From Comamonas piscis (GTDB lineage: Bacteria; Pseudomonadota; Gammaproteobacteria; Burkholderiales; Burkholderiaceae_C), in NCBI RefSeq assembly GCF_014109725.1, contig NZ_CP058554.1, forward strand, positions 4,879,801 to 4,911,800: 32,000 bases of DNA. The letters are read 5' to 3'. Position 1 is the first letter of the stretch; each line of letters opens with the position of its first letter. Of this stretch, positions 21,386 through 30,896 are shown one piece after another. Made by a program: the position numbers and the translations under genes. A model generated the notes under the pieces. It worked only from the letters and a program-made list of their open reading frames with translations. It was not told the DNA's origin and did not search any database.

Positions 21386-23113
21386 ATGCACACCGTTGAA
21401 ACCGTTCTGCTCGTCCTGATGATCGGTGCCGTCACCGGCATCATTGCGCGCTATATCCGGGCCATACCGCTGCCGCTCATCCAGATCATGCTGGGCGCTG
21501 CGCTGTCCTGGCCGCAAAAAGGCCTGCATATCGATTTCGACCCTGGCCTGTTCATGCTGCTGTTCATTCCGCCGCTGCTGTTTGCCGACGGTTGGCGCAT
21601 TCCCAAGCGCGAGTTCTTTGCGCTGTACCGCCCCATTTTGCGGCTGGCCTTTGGCCTGGTGCTGTTCACCGTGATCGGCATGGGCTACCTGATCCACTGG
21701 ATGATTCCGGAGATCCCGCTGACCGTGGCCTTTGCGCTGGCCGCCGTGATATCGCCCACCGATGCGGTGGCCGTCTCGGCCATCACCCGCAACCTGGGCA
21801 TGCCGGCCCACACCATGCATGTGCTCGAAGGAGAATCGCTGCTCAATGATGCATCGGGCCTGGTGGCGCTGAAATTTGCCATCGCCGCCACCTTGACCGG
21901 CCTGTTCTCCTGGACCCAGGTCACGCAGGAATTTTTGTGGATTGCGCTGGGCGGCCTGGCCGTCGGCGCTGCAGTGGGCTGGGGCTTTAGCTACCTGCGC
22001 GATACCGTCACCCGCCGCCTGGGCGATGTGGCCGCCACGCAGATGGTGCTGCTGTTGGTGCTGCTGCCCTTTGCAGCCTACCTGCTGGGGGAAAAATTTG
22101 GTGTCTCCGGCATTCTGGCCGCCGTGGCGGCGGGCGTGGCCACCAATTTTGGCGACCTGAACCGGGCCGACTACATCTCCGAGCGCATGCAGACCGCCGG
22201 CACCTGGGCCATGGTCGAATCGGCCTTCAATGGCGCGATCTTCCTGCTGCTGGGCCTGCAGCTGCCCTCGATCATCGGCGTGACCTTGCGCGATGCCGGC
22301 CACGACTGGTGGATTCTGGTGGGCTATGTGGCCATCATCTCGATTGCACTGCTGTCGCTGCGCTGGATCTGGCTGATGCTGGGCGTCAGCCGCAGCCTGC
22401 ACAAGGCCCACCAGGCCGGCAAGCTGGTCAAAAAACCCGATCTCTGGTTGAACCTGGCGACCACCTTGGCGGGCATCCGCGGTGCGGTCACCCTGGCCGG
22501 CGCGCTGTCCGTGCCGCTGCTGCTGAACAACGGCCAGCCGTTTCCGGCACGGGACATGCTGATCTTTCTGGCCACCGGCACCATCTTGTTCACCCTGGTG
22601 ATCGGCAGCATCGGCCTGCCGCTGGTGCTGCGCCGCGTGCAGGCGGTGAGCGAGCCCGAATCGGTGCGCGAAGAGCGCCAAGCGCGCATTGCAGCCTGCC
22701 GCGCTGCGATCAACAGCCTGGCAATGAGCGACGACGATGCCGCCCAGCAACCCACCGAATGGCAGGCCCAGCAGCATGAAATCGAAGGCCGGATTGCACG
22801 CGAGTACCGCAACCGTATCGATCTGCTGGACGAAGAACGAACGCCCGAAACCGCCGAGGTGCAGGACCTGGCCACACCGGACGCCGTGCAGGAGCGCCGC
22901 CTGCGCTATGTGGCCGAGCTGGAGATGCGGCTCAACTGCATCAAGGTCGAGCGCCACACCATCTACGCCGAGCGGCACAACAACCGCATCAACGACGAAT
23001 CGCTGCGCAGCCTGGTCCAGGAACTGGACCTGAGCGAGATCACCTTGCGCAAGCGCCTCGAAGTGGCCCGCCGCGCCGCGGCCAAGCAAGCTGCCAAGCT
23101 GGAAGGGCATTGA
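21386..23113 (+). CDS. Na+/H+ antiporter, CPA1 (NhaP-type) family with C-terminal cytoplasmic coiled region
   Basis: 575 aa. LFIPPLLFADGW, ISPTDAVAV and ESLLNDASGLV are conserved CPA1 motifs. About 12 TM segments plus a roughly 150-aa charged tail. Confidence 0.9.
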   Translation: MHTVETVLLVLMIGAVTGIIARYIRAIPLPLIQIMLGAALSWPQKGLHIDFDPGLFMLLFIPPLLFADGWRIPKREFFALYRPILRLAFGLVLFTVIGMGYLIHWMIPEIPLTVAFALAAVISPTDAVAVSAITRNLGMPAHTMHVLEGESLLNDASGLVALKFAIAATLTGLFSWTQVTQEFLWIALGGLAVGAAVGWGFSYLRDTVTRRLGDVAATQMVLLLVLLPFAAYLLGEKFGVSGILAAVAAGVATNFGDLNRADYISERMQTAGTWAMVESAFNGAIFLLLGLQLPSIIGVTLRDAGHDWWILVGYVAIISIALLSLRWIWLMLGVSRSLHKAHQAGKLVKKPDLWLNLATTLAGIRGAVTLAGALSVPLLLNNGQPFPARDMLIFLATGTILFTLVIGSIGLPLVLRRVQAVSEPESVREERQARIAACRAAINSLAMSDDDAAQQPTEWQAQQHEIEGRIAREYRNRIDLLDEERTPETAEVQDLATPDAVQERRLRYVAELEMRLNCIKVERHTIYAERHNNRINDESLRSLVQELDLSEITLRKRLEVARRAAAKQAAKLEGH

Positions 23114-23152
23114 TCGTTCAGGCGGGTGCTGCATGGCGGCGCTCTTCGGTGC

Positions 23153-24865
23153 TCAGGCGGTCTGGCTCACATCCAGCTTCAGCGATTCGATCATCGCCTC
23201 GCGGATCTTGAATTTCTGGATCTTGCCGGTCACCGTCATCGGGAAGGCTTTGACAAACTCGATATAGCGCGGCACCTTGTAATGGGCCACCCGGCCCTTG
23301 CAATAGCTGCGCAGTGCCTCGGCATCCAGGCTTTGGCCGGCCTTGACGATGACCCAGGCACAGAGCTCCTCACCAAAACGGTTGTCGGGCACGCCCACCA
23401 CTTGCACATCCTGCACCTGCGGGTGGGTGTAGAGGAACTCCTCGATCTCGCGCGGGTAGATGTTCTCGCCGCCCCGGATCACCATGTCCTTGATGCGGCC
23501 GACGATGTTCACATAGCCTTCGGCATCCATCGTGGCCAGGTCGCCGGTGTGCATCCAGCCATCGGCATCGATGGCCTCGCGCGTCTTGGCCTCGTCGCCC
23601 CAGTAGCCATGCATGACCGAGTAGCCGCGCGTGCAGAGCTCGCCCGATTGGCCGGGGGCTACGGTCTCGCCGGTCTCGGCGCTGACGATCTTGACCTCCA
23701 GATGCGGATGCACCTTGCCCACAGTGGACACGCGCTTGTCCAGCGGCGTATCGGTCGAGCTTTGGCAGCTGACCGGGCTGGTCTCCGTCATGCCGTAAGC
23801 GATGGTGATCTGGGACAGATGCATCTGGCTGACCACGCGCTTCATCACCTCGATCGGGCAAGGCGAGCCGGCCATGATGCCGGTGCGCAGGCTCGACAGG
23901 TCGAACTCGGCAAAACGCGGGTGGTCCAGCTCGGCGATGAACATCGTGGGCACGCCATGCAAGCCGGTGCAGCGCTCGGCCTGCACGGTCTCCAGCACCG
24001 TCAGCGCATCAAAGCCGTCATTGGGGTAGACCATGGCCGCGCCATGCGTCATGCAGGCCATATTGCCCAGCACCATGCCAAAGCAGTGGTAGAGCGGCAC
24101 GGGGATGCAGAGCCGGTCTTCCTCGGTCAGGCGCATCGCCTCGCCAATGAAATAGCCGTTGTTGACGATATTGCGGTGGGTCAGGGTGGCCCCCTTGGGG
24201 AAGCCGGTGGTGCCACTGGTGAATTGGATATTGATCGGGTCGTAGGGTGTCAAGGTGGCGCCGATCTGCGCCACCTGCGGGTCGGCCGCATCACCGCTGG
24301 CGATAAAGCGCGAGAAGCGCTGCATGCCTGGCTGCTCCTGGCCCTGGCCGGCCACATCGATCCAGACCACCAGGCGCAGATCGGGCAGCGCCTCGATCTG
24401 CAAGGCATCGCTGCCTTGCGTTTCCAGCTCAGGCGCCAGCGCGCGCACCATGCCCAGGTAGTCGCTGGTCTTGAAGCGCTCCATCACAAACAGTGCCTTG
24501 CACTGCACCTTGTTCAGCGCATAAGCCAGCTCGGAGGTGCGGTAGGCCGGGTTGATGTTGACGAGGATGATGCCCACATGGGCGGTGGCCAGTTGCAGCA
24601 GCACCCATTCCACATTGTTGTGCGACCAGATGCCCACCCGGTCGCCCTTGGCGATGCCGGCGCGCAGCAAGGCGCTGGCCAGTTGCTGCGATTGCTCCAG
24701 CAGTTGCTGGTAGCTGAGGCGCAGGCCCTGGTGGCGGCTGATGAGTGCATCGCGCGCGCCAAAGCGGGCCGCCGTCTCGCTCAGTTGCTGGCCGATGGTC
24801 TTGTTCAGCAGGCGCGGCTCGCTGGCGCCCCTTGCGTAGCTGCTGGTCAATCTGGTCTCGCTCAT
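23153..24865 (-). CDS. AMP-binding acyl-CoA synthetase (ACSF2/medium-chain fatty-acid-CoA ligase-like)
   Basis: 570 aa from MSETRL... Motifs [33 protein letters not shown] and [12 protein letters not shown] are present. The ATG at 24865 is preceded by a GGAGA SD; the track start at 24892 is a TTG. Confidence 0.9.
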   Translation of the reverse strand: MSETRLTSSYARGASEPRLLNKTIGQQLSETAARFGARDALISRHQGLRLSYQQLLEQSQQLASALLRAGIAKGDRVGIWSHNNVEWVLLQLATAHVGIILVNINPAYRTSELAYALNKVQCKALFVMERFKTSDYLGMVRALAPELETQGSDALQIEALPDLRLVVWIDVAGQGQEQPGMQRFSRFIASGDAADPQVAQIGATLTPYDPINIQFTSGTTGFPKGATLTHRNIVNNGYFIGEAMRLTEEDRLCIPVPLYHCFGMVLGNMACMTHGAAMVYPNDGFDALTVLETVQAERCTGLHGVPTMFIAELDHPRFAEFDLSSLRTGIMAGSPCPIEVMKRVVSQMHLSQITIAYGMTETSPVSCQSSTDTPLDKRVSTVGKVHPHLEVKIVSAETGETVAPGQSGELCTRGYSVMHGYWGDEAKTREAIDADGWMHTGDLATMDAEGYVNIVGRIKDMVIRGGENIYPREIEEFLYTHPQVQDVQVVGVPDNRFGEELCAWVIVKAGQSLDAEALRSYCKGRVAHYKVPRYIEFVKAFPMTVTGKIQKFKIREAMIESLKLDVSQTA

Positions 24866-24941
24866 GGTGTCTCCTGTCCGCCGCGCCAGCAATCTGGTCG
24901 GCGGCGCATTTCTTGATATTCAGGATACGCGAGCGTGCCGC

Positions 24942-24969
24942 GCAAATGATGGCAGGATGGTTGCAAATG
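24942..24969. promoter_or_regulatory. Direct repeat GCAAATG x2 spaced 21 bp in the acyl-CoA synthetase/AraC divergent region. Candidate AraC-type operator half-sites.
   Basis: GCAAATG at 24942-24948 and 24963-24969. The motif is short, so a chance match is plausible. Confidence 0.2.
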
Positions 24970-25016
24970 TCGCCAGTACAATGGCCCTGCTTGGCGCTTT
25001 TTAAACCCCACCCTCC

Positions 25017-26060
25017 ATGCCCAAACCCCTGCCCTCCTCTGCCGTCGTGCACCACCCCGCAGTCACGCCCATGGCCTTTGTCCGGGCGATTGCCCGCGCG
25101 TACCAGCACCGGGGTCTGAGTGCGGACCGTGCGCTGCAATTGGCGCAAATCGATCCCTTGGCGGTCGAGAAAGACGGCATCGGCATCACCGCGCTGCAGT
25201 TCGAGACCCTCTCGGACGCCGCCATGCAGGAGCTGGACGACGAGGCCCTGGGCTGGTTCAGCCGCCGCCTGCCCTGGGGCAGCTATGGCATGCTGGCGCG
25301 CGCCTCGCTCACCAGCCCCAACCTGGGGGTGGCGCTCAAGCGCTGGTGCCGCCACCATGGCCTGCTCACCGATGACCTGGCGCTCAGCCTGCAAGTGCAG
25401 GGCGAGACGGCCACAGTCGAGATCATCGAGCACACCGGCCTGGGTGAGCTGCGCGAGTTCTGCCTCGTATCCATGCTGCGCAATATGCATGGGCTGTCGA
25501 GCTGGTTTGTCGATTCATCGCTGCCGCTGTTCAAGGTGAGTTTTCCGTTCGAGGCACCTGCCCATGCCGATGTGTATGCGCTGCTCTTTCCCGGCGATGT
25601 GCAGTTTGGCGCGCCTGTTACCCGCATGCAGTTTGATGCGCGCTACCTGGCCTTGCCGATTGCCCGCGATGAGGCCGCCTTGCAGCGCATGCTGCAGCGC
25701 GCGCTGCCGCTGACCGTGCGCCCCTACCGGCGCGACCGGCTGATGGTGCAACGCGTGCGCCAGCTGCTGGCGGCCGATCCCTCGGCCATGCACAGCGCCG
25801 ACAGTCTCTCGGCCAAGCTGCACCTGTCGCTGCGCACCCTGCACCGCCAGCTCAAGGACGAGGGCGCATCGCTGCAGGCCCTGAAGGACGAGGTGCGGCG
25901 CGAACGCTCGCTGACCCTGCTCCACCGCAGCAACCGACCCATCAAGCAGATCGCGCAGCTGGCCGGCTTCAGCAACGACAAGAGCTTTATCCGCGCCTTT
26001 CGCACCTGGATGGGCATGTCCCCAGCCGAATACCGCAAGAGCACCCGCCCGCCGACCTGA
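25017..26060 (+). CDS. AraC family transcriptional regulator (N-terminal effector-binding domain plus C-terminal dual HTH)
   Basis: C-terminus IKQIAQLAGFSNDKSFIRAFRTWMGMSPAEYRK is a classic AraC HTH. No clear SD, so the start is uncertain (an alternative Met lies at codon 19). Confidence 0.88.
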   Translation: MPKPLPSSAVVHHPAVTPMAFVRAIARAYQHRGLSADRALQLAQIDPLAVEKDGIGITALQFETLSDAAMQELDDEALGWFSRRLPWGSYGMLARASLTSPNLGVALKRWCRHHGLLTDDLALSLQVQGETATVEIIEHTGLGELREFCLVSMLRNMHGLSSWFVDSSLPLFKVSFPFEAPAHADVYALLFPGDVQFGAPVTRMQFDARYLALPIARDEAALQRMLQRALPLTVRPYRRDRLMVQRVRQLLAADPSAMHSADSLSAKLHLSLRTLHRQLKDEGASLQALKDEVRRERSLTLLHRSNRPIKQIAQLAGFSNDKSFIRAFRTWMGMSPAEYRKSTRPPT

Positions 26061-26178
26061 GGCGCAGCGGATATTGGCCTGACACCGGCCCGATTTGCAA
26101 CCTGGCTGACACCTGCAGGGCAGCCGCGTGCGTCCATTCATGCCAAGATGGCGGCACAACATCGGATGGAGACCTGCT

Positions 26179-26859
26179 GTGATCGAGCTGTACCACTGTG
26201 TGAGCGCGCGCTCGTTCCGCGCGCTATGGATGCTGGAAGAGCTGGGCCTGCCCTACCGGCTGCAGATGCTGCCCTTTCCGCCCCGCGCACTGGCCAAGCA
26301 CTATCTGGCACTCAATCCCCTGGGCACCGTGCCCTTGCTGATCGATGGCGACACGCGCATGACCGAGTCAGCAGCCATCTGCCAGTACCTGGCCAGCCGC
26401 GACCCCGCCCAGCGCCTGGAGGTGCATCCCAGCGACCCCGCCTATGGCAGCTACCTGAACTGGCTGCACATGTCCGATGCGACCCTGACCTTTCCGCAGA
26501 CCCTGGTGCTGCGCTACCAGTTCTTTGAGCCGGCCGTGCGGCGCCAGCCCCAGGTGGCCGAAGACTACGAGCGCTGGTTTTTGGGCCGGCTGCGCGCGCT
26601 GGAGACCGCCGCCCAGGCGATGCCGACCGACCAGCCCTACCTCTGCGCAGGCCGCTTCACGGCCGCCGATGTGGCCGTGGGCTATGCGTTGATGCTGTCG
26701 GACTACCTGGGCATGTCCTCGCAATGGGGGCCGGCCACCCAGCACTACTGGATGCACCTGCAGCAGCGTGCCGCCTTCCTGCGCAGCCTGGAGGCCGAAA
26801 AGCAGGCCGCGCTGGACCAGCAGATCGACCCCATTCCGTCGCCGTTGATCCGGCCCTGA
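26179..26859 (+). CDS. Glutathione S-transferase family protein
   Basis: IELYHCVSARSFRALWMLEELGLPY...NPLGTVPLLIDGDTRMTESAAICQYLA is a GST N-terminal thioredoxin-like domain. I prefer the GTG at 26179 (GGAGA SD 6 nt upstream) to the in-frame track start at 26128. Confidence 0.85.
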   Translation: MIELYHCVSARSFRALWMLEELGLPYRLQMLPFPPRALAKHYLALNPLGTVPLLIDGDTRMTESAAICQYLASRDPAQRLEVHPSDPAYGSYLNWLHMSDATLTFPQTLVLRYQFFEPAVRRQPQVAEDYERWFLGRLRALETAAQAMPTDQPYLCAGRFTAADVAVGYALMLSDYLGMSSQWGPATQHYWMHLQQRAAFLRSLEAEKQAALDQQIDPIPSPLIRP

Positions 26860-26880
26860 CCTTGCCTGGAAGCCCCCGAC

Positions 26881-28509
26881 ATGATCGCCATCACCGACCA
26901 GACCACCATTGGCCAGGCACTGCAGGCCGCCATTGCGCGCTACCCCGACAACAGCCTGCTGGCGGTGCCGGCCAACCCCAAACGCAGCTACCTGCCCGAG
27001 GGCTGCGAGTTCAGCTACGCGCAGGCCGGTGCCCATATCGCAACGCTGCAGGCCCGCTACCAAGCGGCCGGCTATGGCGTGGGCCACCGCGTGGGGCTGT
27101 TTTTGGAAAGCCGGCCCGAGCACCTCTGGCACAAGCTGGCGATGAACAGCCTGGGCATCTGCTGCGTACCCATCAACCCCGACTACAAGCGCCGCGAGCT
27201 GAACTACCTGATCGACCATGCGCAGCTGGACCTGGTCGTCTGCCTGCCCGAGCGGCTGGAGGCGCTGCAGCAGTCGCTGCAGGACACGCGCAACCAGCCG
27301 GCCTTGGTCTGTACCGATCCGCAAGATGGCAGTGCGATTGCGCTGCCAGCGGCACGCTCGCAGCCCTCAGGCACCCTGAGCGCCGACACGCCGGCGAGCA
27401 TCCTCTACACCTCGGGCACCACCGGCCAGCCCAAGGGCTGTGTGCTGTCCCATGCCTATGAGCTGGCCGCTGGCAAATGGTATGCGTCCCACCCCGGCCA
27501 TGTCTCGATCCAGGAAGGCCGCGAGCGGCTGTTTAACCCACTGCCGCTGTTCCATGTCAACGCGTCGATCCTGTCGTTCTACTGCATGCTGCTGAGCGGC
27601 GGTTGCCAGATCCAGACGGATCGTTTTCAGCCCAGCCGCTGGTGGGAAGAGGTGGTCTGCAGCCGTGCCACCATCGTTCACTACCTGGGTGTGATCATTC
27701 CGCTGCTGCTCAAGCAGCCGCCGTCTGATTGGGAAAAACAGCACTGCCTGCGCTTTGGCTATGGCGCCGGGGTGGAGCCGCAGCTGCATGCCGCTTTCGA
27801 GCAGCGTTTTGGCTTTCCGCTGATCGAGCTCTGGGGCATGACCGAGGTGGTGCGCACCATCTCCGACCATGGCGATGACCGCCAGGTGGGCACGCGCTCC
27901 TTTGGCCGGGGTGCCCCCGGGCTGGAGGTGCTGGTGGCCGATGAGAGCGGCCAGCCGGTGCCGCCCGGCACACCCGGCGAGATGCTGGTGCGCTACTCGG
28001 CCGAGAGCCCGCGCAAGCATTTTTTCAGCGAGTACCTCGACAACCCCGAGGCCACCGCCAAGGCCTGGGAAGGCGGCTGGTTCCACACCGGCGATGTGGT
28101 GCTGCAGGATGCGGATGGCCTGCTGCACTTCATGGACCGGCGCAAGAACATCATCCGCCGCTCTGGCGAGAACATTGCGGCCGCCGAGGTGGAGGCCGTG
28201 CTGCTGTCCCACCCCAAGGTGCACCAGGTGGCCGTGCTGGCCGCGCCCGATGACATCCGCGAAGAAGAGGTGCTGGCCAGCATTGTGCTGGCGGACGGCG
28301 TCGCGCCCGGCACCGCCATTTGCCAGGAGCTGTTTGCGTTCTGCCAGCAGGAGATGGCCTATTACAAGGTGCCAGGCTGGTGGTGGTTCACCAACGAGAT
28401 CCCCACCACGGGCACCCAGAAGATCCAGAAGCACCGGATCTTGGCAGCAGGCCAGGATGTGCGCAGCCTGCCCCAGGTACTGGACATGCGGGCGCACAAA
28501 AAGCGCTGA
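26881..28509 (+). CDS. AMP-dependent synthetase/ligase (ATP-dependent acyl-CoA ligase, CaiC-like)
   Basis: 542 aa. Motifs ILYTSGTTGQPKGCVLSH, LWGMTE, GWFHTGD and PTTGTQKIQK are present. Confidence 0.9.
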   Translation: MIAITDQTTIGQALQAAIARYPDNSLLAVPANPKRSYLPEGCEFSYAQAGAHIATLQARYQAAGYGVGHRVGLFLESRPEHLWHKLAMNSLGICCVPINPDYKRRELNYLIDHAQLDLVVCLPERLEALQQSLQDTRNQPALVCTDPQDGSAIALPAARSQPSGTLSADTPASILYTSGTTGQPKGCVLSHAYELAAGKWYASHPGHVSIQEGRERLFNPLPLFHVNASILSFYCMLLSGGCQIQTDRFQPSRWWEEVVCSRATIVHYLGVIIPLLLKQPPSDWEKQHCLRFGYGAGVEPQLHAAFEQRFGFPLIELWGMTEVVRTISDHGDDRQVGTRSFGRGAPGLEVLVADESGQPVPPGTPGEMLVRYSAESPRKHFFSEYLDNPEATAKAWEGGWFHTGDVVLQDADGLLHFMDRRKNIIRRSGENIAAAEVEAVLLSHPKVHQVAVLAAPDDIREEEVLASIVLADGVAPGTAICQELFAFCQQEMAYYKVPGWWWFTNEIPTTGTQKIQKHRILAAGQDVRSLPQVLDMRAHKKR

Positions 28510-28551
28510 CGGCGCTGGGCCCGCTGCTGCACTGCAAGCCGGGCCAGCGGC

Positions 28552-30168
28552 CTAACCCGCGCGGCGCAGCAAGTCTGCGCCCTTCTCGCCAATCATCATC
28601 GTGGCCGCGCAGGTGTTGGCCGAGGTGATCTCGGGCATTACCGAGGCATCGATCACCCGCAGCCCCTGCAGGCCATGCACGCGCAGCTGGGCATCGACAA
28701 CGGCACCTGCCTCGGGCCGGGGACCCATGCGCGCCGTGCCGTTGAGGTGGTAGGAGGAGACACCGTAGCGGTAGATAAAGTCCAGGATCTCGTCATCGGA
28801 CTGCACTTGCGGCCCGGGCATGACCTCGTCCACCCGGTAGGGCGCCAGCGCCTGGCTCTGCAGCAAGGCCCGTGCCTGGCGCACGCCACGGATGAGGGTC
28901 TGGCGGTCGCCCTCTTCCGCCAGATAGCGCGGCTGCACGACCGGATCGGCCAGCGGATCGGCTGACGCCAGCTGCACCGTGCCCATGCTCTGCGGCCGGT
29001 GCTGCCAGACACCGCAGGTCATGCCCGGAAACACATCGAGCTGGCCCACATAGCCTTCGCGGTAGCTGGCCGGGGAGAACACGCCTTGCAGATCGGGCCG
29101 CTCCAGCCCCGGCTGCGAGGCCGCAAACCAGTGCACGACGGACGGGCTGAGCTGCAAAATATTGGGCTTGCCGCGCAGCCATTGCCAGGCCTGGCCCCAG
29201 AGGCGTGGCACCCGCGCCAGCTCGTTGATGGTGGTGGCGTTCTTTACCGATGCGACCAGCCGCACCGAGAAATGGTCTTTGAGGTGCTGGCCCACGCCGG
29301 GCAGGTGCACCTGGGTGGCAATGCCCAAAGCGCGCAGCCGCTCGCCATCGCCAATGCCCGACAGTTGCAGCAGCTTCGGTGTATTGATGGCGCCGGCGCT
29401 GACAACCACCTCGCGCCGCGCCATGACCTGGCGCCGCACGCCATCCTGCAGGTACTCCACACCACAGGCGCGGCCGCCCTCGACCAGAATGCGCAGCGCC
29501 TGCGCGTGGGTCCGCACATCCAGGTTGCCGCGCCGCACAGCCGGGCGCAGAAAGCAGCTGACCGTGCTCATGCGCCAGCCGTTGTGGATGCTGCGCTGGA
29601 AATAGCCCACGCCTTTTTGGTAGGCGCCGTTGTAGTCGGGGTTGCGCGCCATGCCCTGCTCGGCGGCGCCTTCCAAAAATGCCTCGCAAATCGGGTGCGG
29701 CCAGTGCGGCAGGCTGACCTTGAGCGGCCCGTTGTGGCCGCGCAGTGCCGGATCGCCGCCATCGACAAAATGCTCGCTGCGCTGGAAATACGGCAGCACC
29801 TCGTCATAGGACCAACCGGCATTGCCCTGCGCAGCCCAGCCGTCAAAATCCTCGCGCTGACCCCGGTTGTAAACCAGGCCGTTGATGGAGGTCGAGCCGC
29901 CCAGGGTCTTGCCCTGGGGCAGCGGAATGCGCCGACCGCCGGTGCGCTCGGTCGGCTCGGAGCTGAACTGCCAGGCCACCGCCGGATTGAAGATCACCTT
30001 GATGAAACCGGCCGGCAGCTTGAGGTAGGGCCGGTGGTCGGGCGGGCCGGCTTCCAGCACGCAGATGCGCAATGCAGCGTCCTCCCCCAAGCGGGCAGCG
30101 ACGATGGCGCCTGCCGCACCGCTGCCCACCACCACATAGTCAAAGCTGTCGGCCGCCTGCCCGCTCAT
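28552..30168 (-). CDS. GMC family FAD-dependent oxidoreductase (choline/alcohol dehydrogenase-like)
   Basis: FDYVVVGSGAAGAIVAARL Rossmann motif, GKTLGGSTSINGLVY, C-terminal HLNGTARMG...VIDASVMP. The start overlaps the LivF-like stop (ATGA at 30165-30168). Confidence 0.9.
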   Translation of the reverse strand: MSGQAADSFDYVVVGSGAAGAIVAARLGEDAALRICVLEAGPPDHRPYLKLPAGFIKVIFNPAVAWQFSSEPTERTGGRRIPLPQGKTLGGSTSINGLVYNRGQREDFDGWAAQGNAGWSYDEVLPYFQRSEHFVDGGDPALRGHNGPLKVSLPHWPHPICEAFLEGAAEQGMARNPDYNGAYQKGVGYFQRSIHNGWRMSTVSCFLRPAVRRGNLDVRTHAQALRILVEGGRACGVEYLQDGVRRQVMARREVVVSAGAINTPKLLQLSGIGDGERLRALGIATQVHLPGVGQHLKDHFSVRLVASVKNATTINELARVPRLWGQAWQWLRGKPNILQLSPSVVHWFAASQPGLERPDLQGVFSPASYREGYVGQLDVFPGMTCGVWQHRPQSMGTVQLASADPLADPVVQPRYLAEEGDRQTLIRGVRQARALLQSQALAPYRVDEVMPGPQVQSDDEILDFIYRYGVSSYHLNGTARMGPRPEAGAVVDAQLRVHGLQGLRVIDASVMPEITSANTCAATMMIGEKGADLLRRAG

Positions 30169-30896
30169 GCCTGGGCTCCCAGATACGCGGCACGCACCTT
30201 GGGGTCGCGCCGCAGGTCGGCAGCGGCGCCCTGCAGGGTGAAGTGGCCAGTCTCCAGCACATAGGCCCGGTCGGCCACCGCCAGCGCCTGGTTGGCCATT
30301 TGCTCGACCAGCAAGATGGTGACGCCCTGCGCCTTGAGCTGGCGCACGATCGCAAAGATCTCCTTGACGATCAGCGGCGCCAGGCCGAGCGAGGGCTCAT
30401 CAAGCAGCAGCAGCTTGGGCCGCGACATCAGCGCGCGCGCAATGGCCAGCATTTGCTGCTCGCCGCCGGACATGGTGCCGGCCATCTGCGCGCGGCGCTC
30501 CCGCAGCCGGGGGAAGGTGTTGAACTGCTGCTCCACATCGGCGGCAATGGCGGCCGACCCGTCCTTGCGGTGGTAGGCGCCCAGCAGCAGGTTGTCATGC
30601 ACGCTTTGGTCGGCAAATACCTGGCGGCCTTCGGGCGACTGGGCAATGCCAAAGGGCACACGCAGGTGGCCGGGCATGCGGGTGATGTCCTGGCCCAGGA
30701 ACTCGATGCGGCCCGCCGCCGTGGGCTCCAGGCCGGAGATGGCCTTCATCAAGGTGCTCTTGCCCGCACCATTGCCACCGATGATGGTGACCACCTCACC
30801 GGCATGCACCTGCAGCGACACGCCCTTGAGCGCCTGCACGGCACCGTAGTGCAGCTCCAGCGCCTCGACACGCAGCAATGGGGTTTGCTCAGGCAT
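30165..30896 (-). CDS. livF: Branched-chain-amino-acid-type ABC transporter ATP-binding protein (LivF-like)
   Basis: LRVEALELHYGAVQALKGVSL...GGNGAGKSTLMKAISG...MSGGEQQMLAIARAL...LLLDEPSLGLAP...AYLG has LivF-type organisation. It overlaps the upstream gene by 8 nt. Confidence 0.88.
   Translation of the reverse strand: MPEQTPLLRVEALELHYGAVQALKGVSLQVHAGEVVTIIGGNGAGKSTLMKAISGLEPTAAGRIEFLGQDITRMPGHLRVPFGIAQSPEGRQVFADQSVHDNLLLGAYHRKDGSAAIAADVEQQFNTFPRLRERRAQMAGTMSGGEQQMLAIARALMSRPKLLLLDEPSLGLAPLIVKEIFAIVRQLKAQGVTILLVEQMANQALAVADRAYVLETGHFTLQGAAADLRRDPKVRAAYLGAQA

Noticed and set aside
21335-23134. 599-aa minus-strand ORF
   Set aside because: It is antisense to the Na+/H+ antiporter, whose plus-strand translation has clear CPA1 motifs and TM helices. 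The minus-strand product is Gln/Ala/Gly/His/Arg-rich with no features.
28510-28551. Possible bidirectional terminator between the convergent acyl-CoA ligase and GMC genes
   Set aside because: There is only an imperfect, bulged stem of about 9 bp (CTGG(G)CCCG / CGGGCCAG) with a 16-nt loop and no T or A tracts. That is too weak to call.
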